The notes under the pieces are model-generated. The model did not search any database, was not told where the DNA came from, and was given only the letters and a program-made list of their open reading frames with translations. The position numbers and the translations under genes were made by a program. Positions 40,401 through 51,429 of a stretch of 64,000 nucleotides of DNA are shown one piece after another. The DNA comes from Mobula birostris (lineage: Eukaryota): assembly GCF_030028105.1 (NCBI RefSeq), contig NC_092375.1:26883130-26947129 (forward strand). The letters are read 5' to 3'. Position 1 is the first letter of the stretch. Each line of letters begins with the position of its first letter.

Positions 40401-40880
40401 AAAGCAGGATCTCCCAGTGCCCACACATTTTAATTCCACATCCCATTCCCATTCTGACATGTCTATCCACGGCCTCCTCTACTGTAAAGATGAAGCCACA
40501 CTCAGGTTGGAGGAACAACACCTTATATTCCGTCTGGGTAGCCTCCAACCTGATGGCATGAACATCGACTTCTCTAACTTACGCTAAGGCCCCACCTTCC
40601 CCTCGTACCCCATCTGTTACTTATTTTTATGCACACATTCTTTCTCTCACTCTCCTTTTTCTCCCTCTGAATATACCTCTTGCCCAACCTCTGAGTCCCC
40701 CCCCCCCGCCCCCTTGTCTTTCTTCCCGGACCTCTTGTCCCATGATCCTCTCGTATCCCCTTTCGCCTATCACCTGTCCAGCTCTTGGCTCTATCGCTTC
40801 CCCTCCTGTCTTCTCCTATCATTTTGGATCTCCCCCTCCCCCTCCAACTTTCAAATCCCTTACTCACTCTTCCTTCAGTT

Positions 40881-40916
40881 AGTCCTGACGAAGGGTCTCG
40901 GCCTGAAACGTCGACT
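40881..40916 (+). ncRNA. Minimal type I hammerhead ribozyme (intact core)
   Basis: AGTC-CTGACGA-agggtctcggcct-GAAAC-GTC-GACT: helix I agtc/gact, conserved core, GUC triplet, palindromic ACGU in place of helix III. Confidence 0.8.
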
Positions 40917-42289
40917 GCACCTCTTCCTACGGATGCTGCTTGGCCTGCTGCGTTCACCAGCAACTTTGATGTGTGTTGCTCAGCATTATTTCCTTGCTTT
41001 TATATTCTAGTCCTTTCTAAATTAATGCTAACATTACATTTGCGTTCTTCACCACTAGTTTAACCTGCAAATTAACTTTTAGGGAATCCTGCACAAGAAC
41101 TCCCAAGTAACTTTGCATCTCAAAGTTTCGAAATTTTTTTCCCCCATTTAGAAAATAGTCTGTGCTTTTATTTCTTCTGCCAAAGTGCCTGACCATACGC
41201 TTCCCAAAACTGTATTCCATTTGCCACTTCTTTGCCCATTTTCCTATTTGTCCAACTCCTCCTGCAGCTTTCCTGCTTTCTCAACGCTACCTGTCCCTCC
41301 ACCTATCTTTGTATTGTCCACAAACTTGTCCACAAAACCATCAATGCTGTCATTGAAATCATTAATGTGCAATGTAAAAAGAAGCACTTCCAACACCAAC
41401 TCCTGCAGAACACCGCAATCAGAAAAGTTACTTTTATTCCTGCTCTTTGTCTCCTGCCCATCAGCCAATGCTCTATCCATGCTAGTATCTTTCCTGTACT
41501 ACCATGGGACACTTGTCTTGTTAAGCAGCCTCGTGTGTGGCACCTTGTCAAAGGCCTTCTGAAAGTCCAAATACAAAACTTCCACCAATCCTCCGTTGTC
41601 AATTCTGCTTGTTATTTCTTCAAAGAATTCCAGCAGATTTGTCAGGCAGGATTTTCCCTTGAGGAAACCATACTGTCTACAGCCCATTTTATCATATGCC
41701 TCCAAGTATCTCGAGACCTCATCCTTAGTAATTGACTCCAACATCTTCCCAACTACTGAGGTCAGACTAACTGGCCAATAATTTCCTTTCTTCTGCCTCC
41801 TTCCCTTCTTGAAGAGTGGAGTGACATTTGCAATTTTCCAGTCCTGAGGAATCATTCTAGAATCTAGTGATTCTTGAAAGATCATTAATTATGCCTCCTT
41901 AAGAGAATTGATGCAGTTTTAAAGGCAAATTGAAATCATATTAAAGATTGATATTTAGGTTTTTTTTTTACTGCTCTTTATAGTACATCTTTAATTTAGA
42001 AACTCCATTATTTTTGAAAGCATCTTAGCTTTACAGATTTTTTTTCATATGCCTAAGACTGTTGCACAGTACTGTATCAAGAGCAGAATACTTACAGTAT
42101 GTAGGAGCTAGGCAAATGATTTTCAAATTTAATTTGATTTGCTCTGAAAGCAATCATTTGATTAAATATATCTAATTCAGTATTTTAAATCATTTTATAT
42201 TAAAAAGAAAGGAAAACATTTGTCTTCCATCTGAACATTTAGGACGTTACTAAATAACAACTGCTGTTCTGGATCTTTTCAATGATTTC

Positions 42290-43918
42290 AAATTCCCTGG
42301 CCCCAGTTCCTATACAGTACACCTCCATCCCCCCCCACCAGGAAGGCCTCAAAGCTCTCTGTTTCTTTCTGGACACCAGATGGCACTAGTACCCCTCCAC
42401 CATTACTCTCCTCCGTCTAACAAAATGTCCTCACTCTTAATAATTTCTCATTTGGCTCCTCCCACTTCCTTCAGTCAAAAGGTCTAGCCAAGGGCACTCG
42501 CACGGGTCCCAGCTATGCCTGCCTTTTTGTCTGCTACACAGAACAGTCTATGTTGCAAGCCTACACTGGCATCCATCCTCCACTTTTCCTACACTACATC
42601 GACGTCTGCATTGGTGCAGTCTCCTGCACCCAAGCAGAGCTCATCAACTTCTTCAACTGCCCCCAACTTCCACCCTGTCCTCATTCACCTGGTCCATTTC
42701 CAACACCTCCCTCCCCTTTCTTGATCTCACTGCCTCTATCTCTGGAGACAGCTTGTCTACTGATGTCTATTATAAACCCACATACTCTCACAGCTACCCT
42801 GACTATACCTCGTCCCACCCTGTTACTTGTAAAATTGCCATCTCTATTCAGTCTCCACCACATTTGCTCTCAGGATGAGGCTTTTCATTCGAGAACAGAG
42901 GAGATGTCCTCCTTTTTCAAAGATGGGAGCTTCTCTTCCTCCACCATCAACGCTGCCCTCAATCACTACGCTTCCATTTCACACACATCTGCCCTTACCC
43001 CATCCTCCCGCCACCCTGCCAGGGATAGGGTTCCTCTTGTCCTCGCCTACCACCCCACTAGCCTCCGCGTCCAGAACATAATTCTCTGGAGCTTCCGCCA
43101 TCTCCAACAGGATCCCACCACCAAGCACATCTTTCCCACCTCCTCCCCACTTTCTGCAGGCATCACTCCGTACGGGACTCCCTTGTTCATTTGTCCCTCC
43201 CCACTCCTGGCACTTATCCTTGCAAGCAGAAGAAGTGCTGCACCTGCCCCTACACCTCTTCCCGTACTACCATTCAGGGCTCCAAACACCTGTGAGTCAA
43301 TTGGGGTCATCCATTGTGGCTTCCTGTATATTAGGGAGACCAAATATAGGTTGGGAGACCACTTCGTCGAGCAGCTACTCTCTGTCTGCCAGAAGAAACA
43401 GGATCTCCCAGTGGCCACCCATTTTAATTCCACTTTCCATTCCAATATATCGAGAAGAAGCCACACTCAGGTTGGAGAAAAACTCATTGTATTCTCTCTG
43501 GGCAGCCACCAACCTGTTTGCATGAACATTGATTTCTTGAACTTCTGGTAATGTCCCCACCCCCTCACCATTCCCCATCCCTTCTTCCCTCTCACCTTAT
43601 CTCCTTGTCTCCCTATTGCCTCCTTCTGGTGCTCCTCCCTACCCCCTTTGTTTTTCTTCTGTCTTCTATTAGTTTTCTCCCTTCTCCAGTCCTGTATCTC
43701 TTTCACCAATCAACTTCCTAGCTCTTTACTTCACCCCTCCCCCTCCTGGGTTCACCTATCACCTTGTGTTTCTCTCTCCCTTTTCCCCACCTTTTAAATC
43801 TACTCATCTATTTTTCTCCAGTCCTGCCGAAGGGTCTTGGCCTGAAACGTCAACTGTACTCTTTTCCATAGATGCTACCTGGCCTGCTGAGTTCCTCTAG
43901 TAATTTGCGTGTGTTGTT
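42290..43918 (+). mobile_element. Degenerate Neptune-type Penelope-like element (RT plus GIY-YIG endonuclease, 3' UTR)
   Basis: KGLAKGTRTGPSYACLF and FLHYIDVCIG (RT), a PCKQKKCCTCPY Cys linker, LYIRETKYRLGDHF (GIY-YIG), then the same 3' end as the short copies. Confidence 0.88.
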
Positions 43919-44058
43919 ATAGCCAGCTCAGTTGTATTTGATTGGAAATGCTAGAGCTTTAGCATTAGGTCATGCACGCTGTTTGCATTTGTTTATCTGT
44001 TAGGCCATTGGAAAGATTATTTTATAAAAGTACAATGAGTTGCATGCTAGCTCAAGAA

Positions 44059-44928
44059 CAGTGGTCCCTAACCACCGGGCCACGGATCGGTACCAGGCCG
44101 CAAAGCATGTGCTACCGGGCCGCGAGGAAACGATATGAGTCAGCTGCACCTTTCCTCATTCCCTGTCATGCACTGTTGAACTTGAACATTAGGTTGCCAA
44201 CTGTCCCGTATTTGCCAGGACATCCTGTATATTGAGCTAAATTGGTTTGTCCCATATGGGACCGCCCTTGTCCCGTATTTCCCCCGCTAAGGTAGAGCAT
44301 TCCTATGAAACCTTTCATGCCGAAATGGTGTAAAGTGAAGAAGCAATTACCATTAATTTATACGGGAAAAATTTTTGAGCATTCCCAGACCCAAAAAATA
44401 ACCTACCAAATCATACCAAATAACACATAAAACCTAAAATAACTCTAACATATAGTAAAAGCAGGAATGTTATGATAAATACACAGCCTATATAAAGTTG
44501 AAATAATGTATGTACAGCATAGTCGGGAAGATTAAGCCAAAACCGATTTGTGGAAAAAAAACCCGGCACGTACGCGCATGCGCACACAGATGCCCGCGCA
44601 AGGCTTCATGGTAATGGTAGTCTTTCTCGGGGTAAACACAAGTGTCCTGTCAACACACACAAAAAATGCTGGTGAACGCAGCAGGCCAGGCAGCATCTAT
44701 AGGAAGAGTCGATGTTTCGGGCCGGGATCCTTCATCAGGATTTGACTGCTACTTTGTCCCTTATTTGGGAGTGAGAAAGTTGGCAACCCTAACTAAAAGA
44801 CATGTTGAGTTGAGTTTAACCCTACTTGAACACCCCTCCGCGCCCCCCCCCCCCCCCAGTCAGCCGGTCCGCAAGGATATTGTCAATATTAAACCGGTCC
44901 GTGGTGCAAAAAAGGTTGGGGACCCCTG
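44059..44928. mobile_element. hAT (Charlie-like) MITE with a composite interior
   Basis: TIRs cagtggtccctaacc / ggttggggacccctg. 8-bp flanks ctcaagaa / ctgtagaa match at 6 of 8 positions. Inner TIR pair taggttgccaac (~44190) / gttggcaacccta (~44779-44791). Confidence 0.8.
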
Positions 44929-44949
44929 CTGTAGAATATATAGGACTAA

Positions 44950-45090
44950 TGAAGAGTCGTGACGAAGGGTCTCAGCCTGAAACGTCGACTGCACCTCTTC
45001 CTAGAGATGCTGCCTGGCCTGCTGCGTTCACCAGCAACTTTTATGTGTGTTGCTTGAATTTCTAGCATCTGCAGAGTTCCTGTTGTTTGC
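44950..45090 (+). mobile_element. PLE 3' end with a mutated hammerhead core
   Basis: agtc-gtgacga-agggtctcagcct-gaaac-gtc-gact followed by the full tail. Confidence 0.8.
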
Positions 45091-45179
45091 ATGTAATAGT
45101 TGACTCCTTTTTCATTTGGCATTCTGGTTTGAAACACAGTATATACTAAAATGTTTTGCAATACATTTTGGGACACTGT

Positions 45180-47346
45180 ATATCAGACGACCCTAATAGG
45201 CGGACTGCAGGCTACGCCGACTCATTGGCACTTACGTGAACACACCTGTCATATACACTTGACCTATGCCCCTGTAGAGCGTGCGATGCCGAGTTGATTA
45301 AAACGTGTGCAATTGATACGGTTGGCGAAGTTTTAAGTCGTGATGAGAAAACCAGAAAACGGTTGTGGAGCTATTCAAGACGGTGCCATTGTCGACTAAC
45401 ATGGTAACAAGAAGAGTAGAAGTTTTAGCGGAGGAGTGTTTTTCCAATCTGCTCACTGATTTGGAGAAAGCAGAAGCCGTATCACTAGCCATGGACTCGT
45501 CCTGTGACTGAACCGATATGGAAGAGCTGTCTGTGTTCGCAAGATTTTTTGATGGGGAGACCTTTCGGGAAGAGCTACTTTGTTTGCTTCCTCTGCCTGG
45601 GTGCACAACTTGGGAAATAATTTTTAACGAATTGACACAGTTCTTTGAGAAGAATGGCTTGGATGTGAGCAAAATTGTCCATTGTCACCGATGGGGCTCC
45701 GTCGATGTGGGACAACACAAGGGCTTGGTAGGCAGGTTTGCAGCTGTTAACCCAGCACTCTTGGCATTTCATTGCATTATTCACAAATCAGTGTTGTGCG
45801 CTAAACTGTGTGGGGAAATGAAAGAGGCGATGGATACTGTGACGAGACTGGTAAATTTCGTTCATGAGATTTCTAGTCTGCAACATCACCTTTTCAGAGC
45901 ATTGCTGGAGGAAATGTCAGCGGAACACAAAGATCTTTTGCTGCATAATGATGTTTGCTAGCTGAGCAAAGGCCGTGTGTTGGAGAGGATGTGCGACCTG
46001 CACGATGAGCTTGTGTCATTTTTATCCAGCCTGCACAGCCAAAAAGCCTGAGGATTTAAGAGGTTTTTAAGTGACAGCAAGGTGATAGCACATGTTCTTT
46101 TTTTGTGTGACATCATGTCTCATCTAAATCAACTTAATCTGCAATTACAAGGCAACAACCACACTGTTGCGGACATGTACGACGCGATTAAAGCTTTCCA
46201 ATCAAAACTGAACCTTTTGGAGAGAGATATTCACGGGAGAAAGTTGTACTTTCCACGTCTGCGGGAGCAGTACGAGAAGAACGAAATGTGGGAGGATCCA
46301 TTGATGAAGGATTTCGTGACGAGCATGGCAGAAAACTTCAGGGAACGATTTGAAAGCTCGCCTAAACCCTCAGGTGACATTCTCCTCTTCCTGAGACAGC
46401 CGTTCTCCATTTCGGCTGACGGCCAGTGGACTGCAGAGGCCAAAAGGCTGGTGCCTTCCATAGATGAGGCAACTCTTCAGATGGAGGTCTTGAAAATGGG
46501 AACATCTGATTTGCTCAAAGCACAACACAAGGACATTGGGGTAAGTGACTTTTGGATCAACGTGGTTCCCCAAGCTCAATTCAAAAACACGAGAGCTATT
46601 GCAATGCTCCTACTCACACTGTTCCCCTCCACGTACATATGTGAGTCATTGTTTTCTTCAATGCACTCTATCAAGAACCAGGACAGAAACACACTCCAAT
46701 GCACATCTTGGCCAGTGCCTCAGGATTGCCACAACATAATACAGGCCCGACATCAGAAGGATTGCCTCATCCCGTCGCTGTCACTTCTCTCACTGATTGG
46801 TGAGTGAATCAATTTATTTTTGTCAATTTTATTGTGGTATAATAATATTACAACAACAATAATACTGGTAATTTCATTTATAGCTACACTTCATACTTCA
46901 AATGCTGCATAGCTTAATAAAAAAGAACAAATAGATTAAATGAGAGAACAGAAACAGTGGAAAAGTTTCCACAGTACTACTAAAACTCTTTGTGTGGAAG
47001 AGAAGTGGTGAAGACTACCAAGTTTAGTGGATGTGTGTATTTTAAGTCCCAGATGTGTTCTCAGTGTGACAGCTGACAGTTGTGATAGCTAGAGTCATAA
47101 TTAAATAGTTGGTTTTGGACTTAATTTTGTTTCAAGAGTGCATTTTTTTTTCTTGTGTGACCCACAACAGAGGCTTTGAGAATCCCAGGCCTAAATTATT
47201 ATTACTTCTGCTGCTGCTGCCGCCACCACCATCTGCCCATAAAACAACTTACTGGTGCAATGAAAAAAAAACCTGGTCGTTTTGGCTCTTGGCTTGGCAT
47301 GCTTGACATAATTTGGCCCTTGTGGAAAACTAATTGGGGAACCCTG
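45180..47346 (+). mobile_element. Disrupted hAT transposase (Charlie/Buster/SPIN-like) with right TIR
   Basis: EELLCLLPL, HCIIH, LLLHNDV.[W]LSKGRVL, LNLQLQG and PSTYICESLFS motifs with stops and frameshifts. End ttggggaaccctg at ~47334-47346. Confidence 0.88.
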
Positions 47347-47852
47347 CTGTATATATTTTGAGAAAATGTTTTTGGTAGTGCCTGAAATTTTCCATACCAT
47401 TCACCATTTACATCTCGTACTTGCTTTCCTAGGAATTTTGTATTTACTGTAAACATCTGTCATGTTTGCAGTGGCTATACAACTAAAATACTTGATAATT
47501 GAGGTCCACTAATACACTTCAACTGACTACAATATGTATATTGCTGATTTCTTGGGAATAGAATGTTGCACTTTCCTTTATCTCAAGTATCCAGAAATAG
47601 AACATTGAACTGAACACGTCCATTGGTCCACAATGTGCTGACGTTTTAACCCACTCCAAGATCAATCTAACCCTTCCCTCCCTCATAGCCCTCCATTTTT
47701 CTTTCATTATTGTGCCTAAGAGTCTTTGAGATGCTTTCCTCCAATCACCTTAAAAGTATATGCTCTAATTTTAGCCATTGTCACTCTGTGAAAGAGGTGC
47801 TGGCTGTCCATTCAATCTACATCTCTTACCATCTTTGCACCTCTTACCAAGT

Positions 47853-48041
47853 AACAGGAATTCTGCAGATGCTGGAAATTCAAGCAACACTCATCAAAGT
47901 TGCCGGTGAACGCAGCAGGCCAGGCAGCATCTCTAGGAAGAGGTACAGTCGACGTTTCAGGCCGGCCTGAAACGTCGACCGTACCTCTTCCTAGAGATGC
48001 TGCCTGGCCTGCTGCGTTCACCGGCAACTTTGATGTGTGTT
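47853..48041. mobile_element. Loop-less palindromic PLE 3'-end insertion
   Basis: Centre gtcgacgtttcaggcc|ggcctgaaacgtcgac. TSD cctcttaccaagt / cctcttatcaagt. Confidence 0.88.
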
Positions 48042-48609
48042 CCTCTTATCAAGTGTCCACTTGTCTGCCTTTGTTCCAGAGAGAAAAGCCATGACGCTCT
48101 CAACCTTTGCTCATATGCTTTGTTTTCTAATCCAGAGAACATTCTGGTAAATCTCCTCTGCTCTCTCTAAAGCTTCCACACTATTCCTACAATGGTGACC
48201 AGAACTGACCACAGTACTCCAAGGTGATCTAATCAGAGACCGTAAGACACAGGAACAGAGTTGGGCCATTCGGCCCATCGACTGTTCTGGCATTCCATCT
48301 TGGCTGATTTTTTTTTTTATTTTATTGAGGTACAGCATGGAATAGACCCTTCCAGCCCTTTCAGACACACTGCCAAACAATCCACCAATTTAACCATAGC
48401 CAAAGCACGGGACAGTTTACAAAGACCAACTAACCTACTAACCAGTGCATCTTTGGACTGTGGGAAAACCTAGAGGAAACCATGTGGTCATGGGGTGAAC
48501 ATAGTCCTTACAGGCAGTGACGGGAACCTCTCAACCCCCATTCTCATGCCTTCTCCCCATAACCGTTAATGCCCTTACTAATCTAGAACCCACTTCTGAC
48601 TTTAAAAAT

Positions 48610-50520
48610 GCCCAATGATTTGGCAGATTTATAGAGCTGCAACATTATCTTGTGGCTCTTGAACTTAATCCCTTCACTAACAAAGGCCAACACCTGTTTA
48701 ACCACTAATCAACTTGCATGGCAACTTTGAGGGATCTATGGTCTTGGACCCCTAGATCCTTCTGTTCCTCCATACAGTTAAGAATCTTGTCATTAACTTT
48801 GTATGCTGCCATCGTTCAGCATTCCAAAATGTATTACTTCACACTTTTCCAGATTGAACTCCATCTGTCACTTTTCAACCCAGTTCTGCATCCTGTCAAT
48901 GTCCTGTCATAACCCACAACAACCTTCTACACCATCACAACACTACCAACCTTCATGTTAACTGATAACTTAGTAACCCACCCTTCTACTTCCTCATACA
49001 TCCCAGAACAGATGCTGTGGAACAGTATTAATCATGGAACTCCAGGCAGAATATACTCCGTCTACCACCACCATCTGCCTTCTGTGGGCAAGCCAATTCC
49101 AAATCCACACAGCCAAGTTTCCCTGGATCCCATGCCTCCAGACTTTCTGAATGAGCCTACAATTTGTCATACATCTTCCTAAGATTCATATGCATTATAT
49201 CCCTGCTCTACCTTCCTCAATTTGTTTTGTCACTTTCTCAAAATGTCAGTTAGGCTCATGAGGCACAATTTGTCCCTAACTCAAATCCAGCTATGCTTCT
49301 CCAAATGCTTGTAAATCCTGATTCTAAGATCCTCTCCAGGACTTTGTCCGCTGCTGATAGAGACTCACTGGTCTATAAGTCCCAGGATTATCCCTATTTC
49401 CTTTCTTGAACAAAGGAATAAATTTGCCATCCTCCTATTGTCTGGTACTATTCCTGTGGCCAGTGAGGTCACAACAGTCATTACCAACAGTGCAGCAATT
49501 TCTACCCTCATTTTCCCATAGTAATTTAAGGTTCATCTCATTCAGCCCCAGGCATTTATCTATCTCAATGTTTTTCAAAAGTTCCAGCACAGCCTTTTTC
49601 TTAAACTTTACATGTTCCAGCACATTAGCCTGTTCTACACTGACTTCATGTTTATCAAGGTCCCTCTTACTGTTTAATACTGAAGTAAAGTATTCATTAA
49701 GGATCTCCCTTATCTGACTCTGGGTATGTTTCCCTTTTTCTTCCCTGAATAGTTCTACACTTTCTCTACTCATCCTGCTGTTCTTCAATTGCGTCTGGCT
49801 ATTCTCTAATCCTGTTGCCAAGGTTTTCTCATGTCCCTTTCTAGCTGTCCTAAATCCCTCTTAAACTCTTTTCTGACTACTTTCTAATCCTCAAGACCCT
49901 TGTCTGATCTTTTTCCCACCCCCTAAACCTTAAGTAAGTTTCTTTATTCCTCATGGCTAAATGTTCTACCTTGCTTGTCACCTGTGCTATCCTTCCCATA
50001 CTTCAATGGGACAAACCTATGCAGAACCCAGTTCAAGTGTTCCCTATACAACATCCACATTTCCATTGTACATTTCCCTAAGCACATCTGTTGCCAATTT
50101 GTGCTCCCAGGTTCTTGCATTAGAGCATCATAATGACCACAACATCGTAGATCCAAGTACTGATCCATGCTTTTAAGTTTATCGCCTGTGTTCCTGATTC
50201 TTCTTGCATTAAATTAGACACATCTCAAACCACCCAACTAATTGCATTTTTGCTCTATTCACTGCCTATCCTTCTTCGCTCTGTCTTTGCACAGTGCATC
50301 GACCCTTACATCAACTGCTCCCATCATCTGACCTTTCACTCTGGTTCCCATCCACCTGACAACCTAATCTATACCCGCCCTAGCAGCTCTAGCAAACCTG
50401 CCCTCAAGCACGCTGGTTCCTCTTGAGTTCTGTACAGCTCCTGCCTTCCACAGAAGAGATCCCAAAGATGGACAAATATGACACTCTGCCCATGCACCAA
50501 TTCTTCAGCATATCATTAAA
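48610..50520 (-). mobile_element. Degenerate CR1 LINE
   Basis: Decayed ORF2 motifs colinear with the young copy at 62.4-64 kb. Confidence 0.75.
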
Positions 50521-50893
50521 AATAAGAAATAAAAATGGTGGTAGGCCATTTGGCACCTTGTGTCTGCTCCACCTTGTACAGTTGCCAAACCTGTTTTCTG
50601 AACTATTTCCCTGCTTGGATCTGTTTGTACAACATGGGCAATACTATCTGAATCATGTAAGGATAATGTAATGGGTGAACAATGACACATATTGTTCATA
50701 AAAGAAACTGTTCTGCATAGCTCACATACACTATCATTGAGTTGTTGTGTTCACTTTAAGAGATGGTATCTGATGTAATGATGTCAGTATAAGGCAAACA
50801 ACAGGAATTCTGCAGATGCTGGAAATTCAAGCAACACACATCAAAGTTGCTGGTGAACGCAGCAGGCCAGGCAGCATCTCTAGGAAGAGGTGC

Positions 50894-50929
50894 AGTCGAC
50901 GTTTCAGGCCGAGACCCTTCGTCAGGACT
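50894..50929 (-). ncRNA. Minimal type I hammerhead ribozyme (intact core)
   Basis: The reverse complement is identical to 40881-40916. Confidence 0.8.
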
Positions 50930-51294
50930 AACTGAAGGAAGAGTGAGTAAGGGATTTGAAAGTTGGAGGGGGAGATCCAAAATGATAGGAGAAGACAGGA
51001 GGGGGAGGGATGGAGCCAAGAGCTGGACAGGTGATAGGCAAAAGGGATAAGAGAGGATCATGGGACAGGAGGTCCGGGAAGAAAGACGTGGGGGGGGGGG
51101 GTCCCAGAGGATGGGCAAGGGGTATATTCAGAGGGACAGAGGGAGAAAAAGGAGAGTGAGAGAAAGAATGTGTGTATAAAAATAAGTAACAGATGGGGTT
51201 CGAGGGGGAGGTGGGGCATTATTCTTCTCCTATCATTTTGGATCTCCCCCTCCCCCTCCAACTTTCAAATCCCTTACTCACTCTTCCTTCAGTT

Positions 51295-51330
51295 AGTCCT
51301 GATGAAGGGTCTCGGCCTGAAACGTCGTCT
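51295..51330 (+). ncRNA. Minimal type I hammerhead ribozyme (intact core, one helix I mismatch)
   Basis: AGTC-CTGATGA-agggtctcggcct-GAAAC-GTC-GTCT. Confidence 0.7.
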
Positions 51331-51429
51331 GCACCTCTTCCTAGAGATGCTGCCTGGCCTGCTGCGTTCACCAGCAACTTTTATGTGTGTTGCCAGTATA
51401 AGGCAATTGTCTTTTAGTTTGTTCGTAAT

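Larger units (their letters stand above)
39554..40978. mobile_element. Young 1.4-kb inverted PLE insertion (GIY-YIG C-terminus, 3' UTR and hammerhead in each arm)
   Basis: ~590-bp near-identical inverted arms encoding DLPVATHFNSTSHSHSDMSIHGL...EEQHLIFRLGSLQPDGMN. TSD ctcagcattatttc at 39540-39553 and 40979-40992. Confidence 0.92.
37350..41890 (-). mobile_element. CR1 LINE RT fragment interrupted by a Tigger-like element and a PLE insertion
   Basis: WKIANVTPLFKKG, QYGFLKGKSCLTNL and YLDFQKAFDKVPH at 41.5-41.9 kb. The 3' tail is at 37350-37900. Confidence 0.85.
50798..51393. mobile_element. Young inverted PLE insertion with two hammerhead motifs
   Basis: Long minus arm and short plus arm. TSD cagtataaggcaa at 50785-50797 and 51394-51406. 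Confidence 0.9.

Noticed and set aside
42550-43551. 333-aa ORF as an intact protein
   Set aside because: It drifts in and out of the true PLE reading frame through frameshifts, so it is a pseudo-ORF.
45518-46807. Domesticated GTF2IRD2/ZBED-like host gene
   Set aside because: Multiple stops and frameshifts plus a retained TIR indicate a dead transposon.
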